From NCBI GenBank assembly GCA_028286825.1, contig JAQBQV010000002.1:66157-130156 (forward strand): DNA of 64,000 bases, given 5' to 3'. A model generated the notes under the pieces. It saw nothing but the letters and a program-made list of their open reading frames with translations, had not been told where the DNA came from and did no database searches. The stretch comes from Parcubacteria group bacterium. Lineage in GTDB: Bacteria > Patescibacteriota > Minisyncoccia > Phycocordibacterales > Phycocordibacteraceae. Below are positions 16,932 through 25,582 of this stretch, one piece after another (position 1 is the first letter of the stretch; each line of letters opens with the position of its first letter). The position numbers and the translations under genes are program-made.

Positions 16932-19097
16932 CTACTCCAAATGCATCTGCTTATCGGCGGCTAGGGCTCGCTCGGCAAGAATCGGATGCTTCTTGAGGTC
17001 AGGATCTTTTTCAACAAGGCGCGCAGCCTCGGTGCGCGCAGCTTCGACCAGTTTAATATTCTTTAGTGCCTCCATCGCGATATCAGAGACGCCCCATTGG
17101 CGACCCCCGATGAGTTCTCCTGCTCCCCGCAGCGCTAGATCGTATTCAGCAAGTTCAAAGCCGTTCTTTGCGTTCATAAACGCTTTCATGCGCTCTTTGG
17201 TGGCTGGACCAAATGTCTCAGGGAGCGCGAAGCAGTATGACTGGTGTGTTGAGCGGATCACGCGTCCACGTAGCTGGTGGAGCTGCGCAAGACCAAAGCG
17301 CTCCGCGCCCTCAATCAAAATGACGGTGGCGTTCGGTACATTCACGCCTACCTCAACGACCGACGTTGCAACGAGGATGTTAATCGTACCCGTTTCAAAG
17401 TCGTGCATCACCTCTTCTTTCTCAGCGGGTCGCATCTTGCTATGGAGAATGCCGATTGTTGCGCTCGGGAAGACATCTCTCTGCAAGCGTGCAGCCTCAG
17501 CCTTGACTGACTTTGCTTGTATCGCCATTTCTTTAAGGGGGTCCGGTTCATCAATGCGCGGGCAAATCACGTACGCTTGATGGCCAGCCTTAAGTTCGGT
17601 GCGTACGCGCACATACGCCTCTTCTCGCTTCTCGGGGCCAAGCACCTCAGTAATGATCGGTTTACGTCCGACAGGCATTTGGTCGAGAATGCTGAGGTCG
17701 AGGTCGCCATAAATAGTGAGCGCAAGCGTGCGAGGGATTGGTGTAGCCGTCATTGAAAGCAGGTGTGGGGCGATCTCACCTTTGTTCGCAAGCTTTTGCC
17801 GATGGACGGTACCAAAACGGTGCTGCTCGTCGATAATCGCGTAGGCAAAATATTTAAATGAAAGTGACTTCTCAATGAGGGCGTGTGTACCGATCACGAT
17901 CGGGATTTCACCATTCGCAACCATTTTCTTAAATGCGAGTTTAGAGAGCTTAGCTGACTCCTCATAGCGTATTTTAGAAGGGAACTTGCGGCACTCGCTC
18001 CCGGTGATAAGTCCAATCGGGATTGGGTGGTCTTTAAAATATGAAACAAAGGTTGAAAAATGCTGCTTCGCCAGTATTTCAGTCGGGCACAGATAGGCAA
18101 CCTGGAGCGTACCGGCAATGCGACCCTTAGGAAGTGACGTTGCGACGAGGTACGCGGTTGCGGCAGCGACTGCAGTCTTTCCGCTACCGACGTCTCCCTC
18201 AAGAAGACGCAGCATCGGGTGTGTCTTCTCAAAATCACTCACGATCGTCTCGATAGCACCGAGCTGGGCCTCTGTCGCCGGAAACGGAAACGATTTCACA
18301 AAATCATGTAGCATAGCGCGGTCGACCGACACAGGGAGCGCCTCTTCCTTGAGTAAGGCGCGGCGTCTCTGCTGCATCACGATCTGGAGCGCAAAGACCT
18401 CCTCAAATGCAAATCTCTTGCGCGCCGCCTCAGCGTCTGGCAGCTTTCTCGGTGCGTGCACAAACACGAGCGCAGAGGCCAGACTGGGTAAGTTGTAACG
18501 CTCTAAAATTTCTGGCGGAATCGGATCCTCAAGCTCTTCATGCGCCTGTGCCTCAAAGACTCTCTTAAGCGCATGAAAGAACCAGAGCGATGAGACTCCC
18601 TTACTTTCTGAATAGATAGGATAGAGTGGAGTCTCGACACCCTCGACACCTTGTACGAAGAGGGAATCATGCACCTCTTCAGGAGCAATAGGTGATTTAT
18701 CGATTTCAGGATTTGCCAAGTACATTTTTGCGCCCTCGCCCGCCACACGTCCGCTCACTTTTACCACCATTCCGTCGTGGAGCGTCTTCGCGATATACGG
18801 CTGAGAGAACCACATCATTTTTATTTTCCCTGAGTTGTCGTGAAGCCAGGCCTCAGCTACGGGACGTCGGCTCTTCCAGGTTTTCCTGATATCGGGCTTG
18901 CGAATCGTACCGTAGAGTGTCACTTCGCTACCAGCTGTGACTCCAGTAATCGTACCGGTCGGTCCCGCGTTCTCGTATCGAGCTGGGAAGTGGTAGAGAA
19001 GGTCGCGAATTGTCCTGATGCCAAGCTTATGCAGCGCGCGCGTTTGGTCGCTCTTCAGTCGTGTAAAGTGTTTTTCAATCAAATCTCCCGAGTGCAT
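16932..19097 (-). CDS. recG: ATP-dependent DNA helicase RecG
   Basis: Wedge/OB N-terminus, helicase motif I GDVGSGKT, motif II DEQHRFG. TATACT lies 7 nt upstream of the ATG. Confidence 0.93.
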   Translation of the reverse strand: MHSGDLIEKHFTRLKSDQTRALHKLGIRTIRDLLYHFPARYENAGPTGTITGVTAGSEVTLYGTIRKPDIRKTWKSRRPVAEAWLHDNSGKIKMMWFSQPYIAKTLHDGMVVKVSGRVAGEGAKMYLANPEIDKSPIAPEEVHDSLFVQGVEGVETPLYPIYSESKGVSSLWFFHALKRVFEAQAHEELEDPIPPEILERYNLPSLASALVFVHAPRKLPDAEAARKRFAFEEVFALQIVMQQRRRALLKEEALPVSVDRAMLHDFVKSFPFPATEAQLGAIETIVSDFEKTHPMLRLLEGDVGSGKTAVAAATAYLVATSLPKGRIAGTLQVAYLCPTEILAKQHFSTFVSYFKDHPIPIGLITGSECRKFPSKIRYEESAKLSKLAFKKMVANGEIPIVIGTHALIEKSLSFKYFAYAIIDEQHRFGTVHRQKLANKGEIAPHLLSMTATPIPRTLALTIYGDLDLSILDQMPVGRKPIITEVLGPEKREEAYVRVRTELKAGHQAYVICPRIDEPDPLKEMAIQAKSVKAEAARLQRDVFPSATIGILHSKMRPAEKEEVMHDFETGTINILVATSVVEVGVNVPNATVILIEGAERFGLAQLHQLRGRVIRSTHQSYCFALPETFGPATKERMKAFMNAKNGFELAEYDLALRGAGELIGGRQWGVSDIAMEALKNIKLVEAARTEAARLVEKDPDLKKHPILAERALAADKQMHLE

Positions 19098-19150
19098 GCT
19101 TAGTAGTATAGTCCGTTGCGTGAGATGTGTCGTGGTGTATGATTTTTAGT

Positions 19151-19729
19151 ATGAATACCACCACCGTGCGAAGTTGGTTTACCTGGCCTGTCGTCATAAT
19201 TGTCGTTCTCGTCGTCGTAGCGCTTATTATTGGAGGCAAATACAACAGTTTAGTTCGCCAAAATGAAGCGGTCGACACACAATGGGCGCAAGTTGAGTCG
19301 CAGTACCAGCGACGCTTCGACTTGATCCCCAACCTCGTGGCTTCGGTCCAGGGTGCAATGAAGCAAGAGAGCGCAATCTTCCTCTCGCTCGCAGATGCTC
19401 GCTCGAATTACGCTGGTGCCCGGACGCCTGATGAAAAAGCGGCAGCGGCTACGCAAGTCGAGACGTCATTTGGTCGGCTTCTGGCTGTCGTCGAGAATTA
19501 CCCTCAGCTTAAGTCAATCGATACCGTCCAGTCACTGATGTCAGAACTCGCCGGTACGGAAAACCGCGTTGCAGTCGAGCGGATGCGCTACAACGAGAGT
19601 GTGCGAGATTACAACATAAGCGTGAAGACCTTCCCCGGCTCATTTGTCGCTAGCCTGTTCGGCTTTACGCCGAGGACCATGTTTGACGCACAGACGGGAG
19701 CCGAGAATGCGCCGAAAGTAAATCTCTAA
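19151..19729 (+). CDS. lemA: LemA family protein
   Basis: N-terminal TM helix, then YNSLV...QYQRRFDLIPNLV...ENYPQLK (LemA pattern). ORF track start 19127. Confidence 0.88.
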   Translation: MNTTTVRSWFTWPVVIIVVLVVVALIIGGKYNSLVRQNEAVDTQWAQVESQYQRRFDLIPNLVASVQGAMKQESAIFLSLADARSNYAGARTPDEKAAAATQVETSFGRLLAVVENYPQLKSIDTVQSLMSELAGTENRVAVERMRYNESVRDYNISVKTFPGSFVASLFGFTPRTMFDAQTGAENAPKVNL

Positions 19730-20598
19730 TGAAGAATGCGGTTGTATTCGGTCTCCTTCTAGGAGCTGCGGCCATTTCTCAAACGGCATTTGCCTACACT
19801 TCTCCTGGATCTCCTGACGGATATGTAAACGACTTCGCTCATGTGCTCTCAGTGGGGTCGTCGCAATCGCTTGAGAACGAGCTCACTCTCTATGAACGTT
19901 CAAGTTCAAACGAGATTACGGTCGTCACTATTCCAAATATGGGTGGCGATTATATCGAAAATTATGCGGTGAAGTTATTTGAGGAGTGGGGTATTGGTAA
20001 AAAGGCAAAAGATAACGGTATTTTGCTCCTCCTCTCAATCGAGGAACGCAAAATGCGCATTGAGGTAGGGTATGGGCTTGAAGGAATCCTGCCAGATTCA
20101 ATGGCGCAACGCATTTTAGTCAATGAAATGACCCCTCGTCTTAAGGCAGGCGACTATGACGGAGCCATTTCCGCTGGGGTAACAGCTATTGAGCTGGTGA
20201 TCCAAGGGGAATACATGCCGACAGAAACATCGACTGCTCCTGATGCATTTATGAATGCGCTGCAGAACGGCGCGGGTATCTTTGCTGCGTTTGTCTTTAT
20301 TTTTCAATTCATCATTTCGTTTCTCGCACGCAGTAAGTCATGGTGGGCCGGTGGAGTAATTGGATTCGTCGGTTCAGTAGCGATCAGCTGGGTTTTTGCT
20401 CCAGGCATTTGGGCAACAGTCGCCTTCATAGGCTTGTTCACGGGACTCGGACTCCTCTTTGATTTTGCTGTTTCGTCAGGGTACGAGCGCGTTAGCTCGC
20501 GAGGAATTCGTGGCTCTGGCTGGTTTGGAGGATCGGGTAGAGGTGGCGGCTTTGGCGGTGGTTCTTCTGGTGGTGGTGGTGCGTCAGGAGGGTGGTAA
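19729..20598 (+). CDS. TPM-domain protein (YgcG-like) with C-terminal TM segments and a Gly-rich tail
   Basis: Signal peptide, TPM core YVNDFAHVLS...EITVVTIP...RIEVGYGLEG, tail GGSGRGGGFGGGSSGGGGASGGW. TAATG overlap with lemA. Confidence 0.85.
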   Translation: MKNAVVFGLLLGAAAISQTAFAYTSPGSPDGYVNDFAHVLSVGSSQSLENELTLYERSSSNEITVVTIPNMGGDYIENYAVKLFEEWGIGKKAKDNGILLLLSIEERKMRIEVGYGLEGILPDSMAQRILVNEMTPRLKAGDYDGAISAGVTAIELVIQGEYMPTETSTAPDAFMNALQNGAGIFAAFVFIFQFIISFLARSKSWWAGGVIGFVGSVAISWVFAPGIWATVAFIGLFTGLGLLFDFAVSSGYERVSSRGIRGSGWFGGSGRGGGFGGGSSGGGGASGGW

Positions 20599-20637
20599 CA
20601 GCAAAGACTACTTACAGAATCTAGTAGAATAGTAGCT

Positions 20638-21060
20638 ATGAAGCGAAGACATACCGGCCTATATCACTCACTGGTACTTATTCCGGATCGACTCTATCCC
20701 TTTAAAACTCAGGTCGCCGGACAGTGGGTGCGTGGTATTCGCTCGTACAATGCGACACTCGCGCAGTATCAGCGCACGTATGGTGCCGGCCACTATGGCT
20801 TTAAATTGAGCTTTTATCGGCAAGTAAACCATCTTATCGGATCGATCCTCTTTCTCGGTTTCTCGGCCTATCTTTCGCAGAAATATTTGGGTGGAGAACA
20901 CGCCATGTATGCCTTTCTAGGCGCAGCCGTTTTTCTAATCTCATTTCAAGAGTTTTATCTTCACCGACGTATGTACCAGCAGCTTTGGCGTAAAGGTGTA
21001 GTTGATTGGCTCGCCTGGTGCGTGCCAATGGGGATCTATTTCTTTACACACTTCCACTAA
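20638..21060 (+). CDS. hypothetical membrane protein (140 aa)
   Basis: Three predicted TM helices. TAGAAT lies 7 nt upstream of the ATG. Confidence 0.55.
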   Translation: MKRRHTGLYHSLVLIPDRLYPFKTQVAGQWVRGIRSYNATLAQYQRTYGAGHYGFKLSFYRQVNHLIGSILFLGFSAYLSQKYLGGEHAMYAFLGAAVFLISFQEFYLHRRMYQQLWRKGVVDWLAWCVPMGIYFFTHFH

Positions 21061-21087
21061 CAAGCGGGGGTAGTATACTAGGGGTAT

Positions 21088-21648
21088 ATGACTACCATAC
21101 TTCTTGCGATCGTTGGGGTGCTCGTGCTCTGGGTGATCTTCGCCTACAACCGGTTTGTCAGCCTCGTGAATAAAGCGAAAGAAGCCCTTTCAGACATCTC
21201 GGTTCAGCTGAAGCGTCGCTACGACCTCATTCCTAACCTCGTCGAGACAGTTAAGGGCTACGCCGCACACGAGTCGAGTGCTTTTGAAAATGTGACCAAA
21301 GCACGCGCCGCGGCCATGGGCGCAAGTGGAGCAGTACCAGCAGTACAGGCAGCAGCTGAGAATCAGCTCTCAGGAGCTCTAAAGACCTTGTTTGCAGTCT
21401 CCGAGGCGTATCCAGACCTCAAAGCGAACCAGAACTTCCTCCAGCTCCAGAAGGAGCTTGGTGACACCGAGGACAAGATCCAGGCGTCACGCCGTTTTTA
21501 CAACTCGACTGTAATGGCGCTTAACACTGCACTCCAAGTATTCCCAGGCAACTTGATCTCAAGTATGTTTGGCTTTAAATCAATGGATCTCTTTGAACTT
21601 TCCGCCGCTGATGCGGCAGCCGCTGAGCCAGTGAAAGTACAGTTCTAA
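21088..21648 (+). CDS. lemA: LemA family protein (second copy)
   Basis: TM helix plus YNRFV...LKRRYDLIPNLV...EAYPDLKAN. TATACT lies 8 nt upstream. Confidence 0.88.
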   Translation: MTTILLAIVGVLVLWVIFAYNRFVSLVNKAKEALSDISVQLKRRYDLIPNLVETVKGYAAHESSAFENVTKARAAAMGASGAVPAVQAAAENQLSGALKTLFAVSEAYPDLKANQNFLQLQKELGDTEDKIQASRRFYNSTVMALNTALQVFPGNLISSMFGFKSMDLFELSAADAAAAEPVKVQF

Positions 21649-21649
21649 T

Positions 21650-22354
21650 ATGGGACCGGAAGGACTCCGTAAACCTACCCGCGACGAAGTTGCCGATGCT
21701 GAGAAAGGTCTTCTTAACTGGGGGCTGGAAGCGAAGAGGGGGGACGCGGATGCCCAGATTGGTCTTCACGAATGGCAGCATCAGGTGAGAGAGAATGAAG
21801 CTTCGGCAGAGAAAGAGTTGTACCACTGGGACAAGGAAATCCAGGAGAAGGAGAAAGGCTATGATTTTCTAACTGGCGCGCGAAATCTTGAGTTCTTCAC
21901 ACACGCTCTTGAGAAATCACTCATAAAAATGCGCGAGCACCACCGCAAGGGGGAAGGAGCCTCTGCCGAGGTATCTCTTATTGCCCTTGATATTGATCAC
22001 TTCAAGAGTATTAATGATGCGTTTGGTCATGGCGCCGGCGATACGGTACTACAGAGAATCGTTGCGCTCATGCAAAGCTCAGTCCGTGAAGACGACATTG
22101 TTGCGCGGCTTAGTGGAGAAGAGTTTGCCGTACTTTTGCCAGGCTCAAATGGTCACGGACCAACAAAAGCGGAAGAGCTACGTAAGAAAATCAGTGAGTT
22201 GGTTTTCGATGAGTATCCGTCACTCGAAGTCAGAGCAAGTTTTGGAGTCCTCTCACTTGATCCATCGTTCAGTGTGGTAGTAGCACGAAAACGAGTCGAC
22301 GATGCTCTCTATGTCGCAAAAAATACTGGGCGAAATCGAGTGATAATTGCATAA
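21650..22354 (+). CDS. GGDEF-domain protein (putative diguanylate cyclase; motif SGEEF)
   Basis: DIDHFKSINDAFGHGAGD, RxxD I-site (REDD) 5 residues before SGEEF, C-terminal YVAKNTGRNRV. Starts 2 nt after the lemA stop. Confidence 0.85.
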   Translation: MGPEGLRKPTRDEVADAEKGLLNWGLEAKRGDADAQIGLHEWQHQVRENEASAEKELYHWDKEIQEKEKGYDFLTGARNLEFFTHALEKSLIKMREHHRKGEGASAEVSLIALDIDHFKSINDAFGHGAGDTVLQRIVALMQSSVREDDIVARLSGEEFAVLLPGSNGHGPTKAEELRKKISELVFDEYPSLEVRASFGVLSLDPSFSVVVARKRVDDALYVAKNTGRNRVIIA

Positions 22355-22356
22355 CT

Positions 22357-23250
22357 ATGAACCTCTACCAGCAACAATCTGCGAATGTGCGTCGAACATG
22401 GTTCCTTATACTAGGGTTCTTAGTAATTGTGACGGGCATTGGGTACGTCATCTCCTGGTATTACGGTAATCCGGCCATTCTGGGTATCGCTTTTGTCTTT
22501 GCGGTAGCAACTAATTTTTACGCCTATTGGGCGTCAGACAAGCTGGTTCTATCGATGAATCGTGCGCGGCCAGCCACCCGGGAGGAATTTTTCGATCTTT
22601 ACACGGTCACTGAAAATCTCGCGATCACGGCTGGGCTCCCAATGCCAAAGCTCTATGTGATTGATGATCCTGCGCCAAACGCGTTTGCGACCGGTCGCGA
22701 CGAGAAGCATGCGGTTGTCTGTGCGACGACCGGCCTTCTTGCTCTTTTGACTCGCCCAGAGCTCGAAGGAGTGATCAGTCACGAACTATCACATGTTAAG
22801 AATCGGGACATTCTCGTAATGACGGTCGCCGTTGTGCTGACAGGGTTTGTCGCAATGGTCGCTGATATCTTTCTTCGAATGGCGTTTTATGGAGGCGGAG
22901 ACCGCGACAATAAGGGTAACGCGATTGTGCTCGCGCTCGGCATTGTTGGCATTATACTTGCCCCAATAGCTGCGCAGCTGTTGCAGTTCGCCATCTCTCG
23001 CAAAAGAGAGTATCTGGCTGACGCCTCCGGGGCGCTCCTCACCCGCTATCCTGAAGGGCTCGCGTCAGCGCTCCAGAAAATTAGTAGTAGCAACGTTCCC
23101 ATGCGACACGCGAACCACGCTACGGCCCACCTCTTCATTGATGAGCCGTTCGGAAAGCCCGAAGGGAAGCTCGGTTGGATCCAAGGGCTCTTTGCAACGC
23201 ATCCACCGGTGGCAGAGCGCATTCAAGCACTGCTTGGAGAGAAAGCGTAA
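22357..23250 (+). CDS. htpX: HtpX-like M48 zinc metalloprotease
   Basis: HELSHVKNRD zinc motif, 4 TM helices, C-terminal THPPVAERI. Starts 3 nt after the GGDEF stop. Confidence 0.92.
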   Translation: MNLYQQQSANVRRTWFLILGFLVIVTGIGYVISWYYGNPAILGIAFVFAVATNFYAYWASDKLVLSMNRARPATREEFFDLYTVTENLAITAGLPMPKLYVIDDPAPNAFATGRDEKHAVVCATTGLLALLTRPELEGVISHELSHVKNRDILVMTVAVVLTGFVAMVADIFLRMAFYGGGDRDNKGNAIVLALGIVGIILAPIAAQLLQFAISRKREYLADASGALLTRYPEGLASALQKISSSNVPMRHANHATAHLFIDEPFGKPEGKLGWIQGLFATHPPVAERIQALLGEKA

Positions 23251-23286
23251 GTGCGGTATTTCTGGTATAAAAAGATAACAACGCTA

Positions 23287-23373
23287 GGAGGCGTCGCATA
23301 GTGGTCTAGTGCACCGCCTTGGAAAGGCGGCAGGCTCGAAAGGGTCTCGAGAGTTCAAATCTCTCCGCCTCCG
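23287..23373 (+). tRNA. tRNA-Ser (anticodon GGA)
   Basis: 87 nt. Acceptor GGAGGCG/CGCCTCC, anticodon stem CCGCC/GGCGG, loop TTGGAAA, long variable arm, T arm GAGAG-TTCAAAT-CTCTC. Confidence 0.9.
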
Positions 23374-23551
23374 CAATATTAACCCCGCGAGGGTTTTTAA
23401 TTTTACGAAGGCGAATCCTGCTAGGAAGCAAGATATGGATTCTAAGACCTTATAAGTATTTTAAGGAGCGCTGCAATCGGAAATTCCACAAGTGTACTGA
23501 AACTGTCAGATTAAAATCTCTCCATCGGTTTTTGTACGTTATACTTTTTGC

Positions 23552-24163
23552 ATGCTCAACTGGTACAATCGCGTACTTTTACCTCGGTTTATTGAGCGTG
23601 ATATGGATTCGGGGGAGTTAATAGAGATTCGCCGCACTATACTTAAAGATGTAACCGGTACGGTTCTTGAGCTTGGTATCGGCGCTGGGTACAGTCTTCC
23701 GCTCTATCCCGCGCTTAAGAGGCTCTATGCTCTTGAGCCCTCAGAAGGACTCATCAAGTTGGCAAGCACTCGGGTGCTTGGACTTGCGTTCCCTGTCGAG
23801 TTTTTGCATGCAAAAGCGGAGGCGATCCCGTTACCAGATGCTTCAGTCGACTTAGTCGTCTCGACCTGGTCACTCTGCAGTGTAGATGATCCGCGTCAGG
23901 TACTTTTAGAGGTGAATCGCGTGCTTCGCACCGGTGGCCGCTTTCTTTTTGTCGAGCACGGAGCTTCACCCTATCCATTCGTTCGCGCAGTTCAGAAATT
24001 ATTGACTCTTTTCACAAAGGATTTTACCGGGAATTGCCACTGGGATCGGAAAATCGACGATTTAATAACGTCCTCGCCGCTCACAACCCAAGTGATGAAG
24101 CATTGTCCTGAACCAGGTATGCCGCTCACGTATAACTTTGAAGGGTGTGCCACTCGTGTTTAG
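23552..24163 (+). CDS. class I SAM-dependent methyltransferase
   Basis: Motif I VLELGIGAGY, post-I YALEPS, DLVVSTWSLC (Methyltransf_11-like). TATACT lies 6 nt upstream of the ATG. Confidence 0.8.
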   Translation: MLNWYNRVLLPRFIERDMDSGELIEIRRTILKDVTGTVLELGIGAGYSLPLYPALKRLYALEPSEGLIKLASTRVLGLAFPVEFLHAKAEAIPLPDASVDLVVSTWSLCSVDDPRQVLLEVNRVLRTGGRFLFVEHGASPYPFVRAVQKLLTLFTKDFTGNCHWDRKIDDLITSSPLTTQVMKHCPEPGMPLTYNFEGCATRV

Positions 24164-24179
24164 CGCTATACTTTTTTGT

Positions 24180-24668
24180 ATGCATCTAACTCGAGACGAT
24201 CGATTTGAGAGAACTGATATCTGGAAAGAGGGGAAGTGGCTTGATCTCTGGAGTGTGGTCCACTTCCTTTCAGGGGTGTCCATAGGCTTTGTGTTTTATC
24301 TCTTCCCCTTTGGCCAGCTTGCATCAGTGATTATTGTGTTTCTCAGCCTTACGGCGTATGAGATGTGGGAAAAAATTGTGGGAATAGAAGAGACTCCCGC
24401 AAATCGCGTTCTCGACGTTGTAGTGGGAATGGCTAGTTTTTTACCAACCTTTCTCCTATTCGCACCCTCGCTTTCTTTTACCCTGTATATTTTAGTTTTC
24501 GGACTCATTCTCACAGCAAACATTGTGATGAGCGTCTTTGGGTGGATTGCTTCTCAAAAGGCTGCTGCGCTCAAGGTTCGCGCATCAGCGCGGTATTTAA
24601 AACAGCGCGCTCGACTCCTCCAAAGAGCCGAGCGCCTGCGCGTCCGCATGAAGTCGAAGGATATTTAG
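24180..24668 (+). CDS. hypothetical membrane protein (162 aa)
   Basis: Four TM helices and a basic C-terminal tail. TATACT lies 7 nt upstream of ATG 24180 (ORF track start 24138). Confidence 0.55.
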   Translation: MHLTRDDRFERTDIWKEGKWLDLWSVVHFLSGVSIGFVFYLFPFGQLASVIIVFLSLTAYEMWEKIVGIEETPANRVLDVVVGMASFLPTFLLFAPSLSFTLYILVFGLILTANIVMSVFGWIASQKAAALKVRASARYLKQRARLLQRAERLRVRMKSKDI

Positions 24669-24889
24669 GGAGTTGTGCCAGTGTCGGCTGAACCTGATCC
24701 ACCCGTAGGAGGAGCGGGGAGCGTGACATTGATGTTTGCACCAGAAGCTGGCGCCGCTGCGCGATGGTGAGTCCAGTAATATGCTCCGAAGCCGATCACC
24801 GCGATAAGGACGATAACGGCGACTGCCCATCCGGCGCCGCTGTCAGTGTTGGTCCCGCCATTTCCTGGGTTATTTACAATTGTTGCCAT
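24665..24889 (-). CDS. hypothetical single-pass membrane protein (74 aa)
   Basis: Central TM helix WAVAVIVLIAVIGFGAYYW with Gly/Pro/Thr-rich flanks. No SD. Confidence 0.4.
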   Translation of the reverse strand: MATIVNNPGNGGTNTDSGAGWAVAVIVLIAVIGFGAYYWTHHRAAAPASGANINVTLPAPPTGGSGSADTGTTP

Positions 24890-24974
24890 ACAGATGTGTT
24901 ACAAACAAATTATTCAATAATGCGCACCTATACTCTAGATGACGATAGGCATCGACATCCGTTACAATAGGGTT

Positions 24975-25499
24975 ATGAGGGAATATTCACATCATGTCTG
25001 GGTGGGAGCTCTAGTGGCAGCGATCGTTGTTGTCCTTCTTGTAGGGCACTTCACACAGCCGCAAAAGGCAGCCTTAGAAATCTCGACTGTTACGCCCCCT
25101 GTGATCGTCGCCCCTCATGAGGGATTCGCTGATGCAACGTTTGCGGGTGTGTCCTTAAGGCTAGAACTAGCTACTACCACCCAAATGCGGGAGCGAGGGC
25201 TTGGAGGCCGATCAATGATCGATAGCGATTACGGCATGCTTTTCGCGTTCCCAAAAGAGGATAGATACGGCTTCTGGATGAAGGATACGCTTATCCCGCT
25301 CGATATTTTCTGGCTTGATAGTAAAGGACAAGTCGTTTCAGTTGCTCGTGAAGTTTCTCCCTCAAGTTATCCCAATGTCTTTTATCCGTCGGGCCCCTCT
25401 CGTTATGTCCTAGAGACGCTTTCAGGCTTTGCTCTTGCAAACGGAATCGCGACAGGTACGCCGCTCTTATTGAAAAATTTTCCAACTGTTTCAGAGTGA
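24975..25499 (+). CDS. DUF192 domain protein
   Basis: TM anchor plus RERGLGGR...GMLFAF...FWMKDTLIPLDIFWLD (DUF192 pattern). TACAAT lies 6 nt upstream of the ATG. Confidence 0.75.
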   Translation: MREYSHHVWVGALVAAIVVVLLVGHFTQPQKAALEISTVTPPVIVAPHEGFADATFAGVSLRLELATTTQMRERGLGGRSMIDSDYGMLFAFPKEDRYGFWMKDTLIPLDIFWLDSKGQVVSVAREVSPSSYPNVFYPSGPSRYVLETLSGFALANGIATGTPLLLKNFPTVSE

Positions 25500-25582
25500 C
25501 GCTATCCCCATACGGTTTCCGGCAAGCAGGAGTAAACTAAAGATATTAAGAATTGTTATTAACTGTTTGTAACCATTTCCTC

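Noticed and set aside
25500-25582. Cobalamin riboswitch or NrdR boxes upstream of the B12-dependent RNR
   Set aside because: Only about 83 nt are available. I could recognise no B12-box-like element or paired NrdR palindromes.
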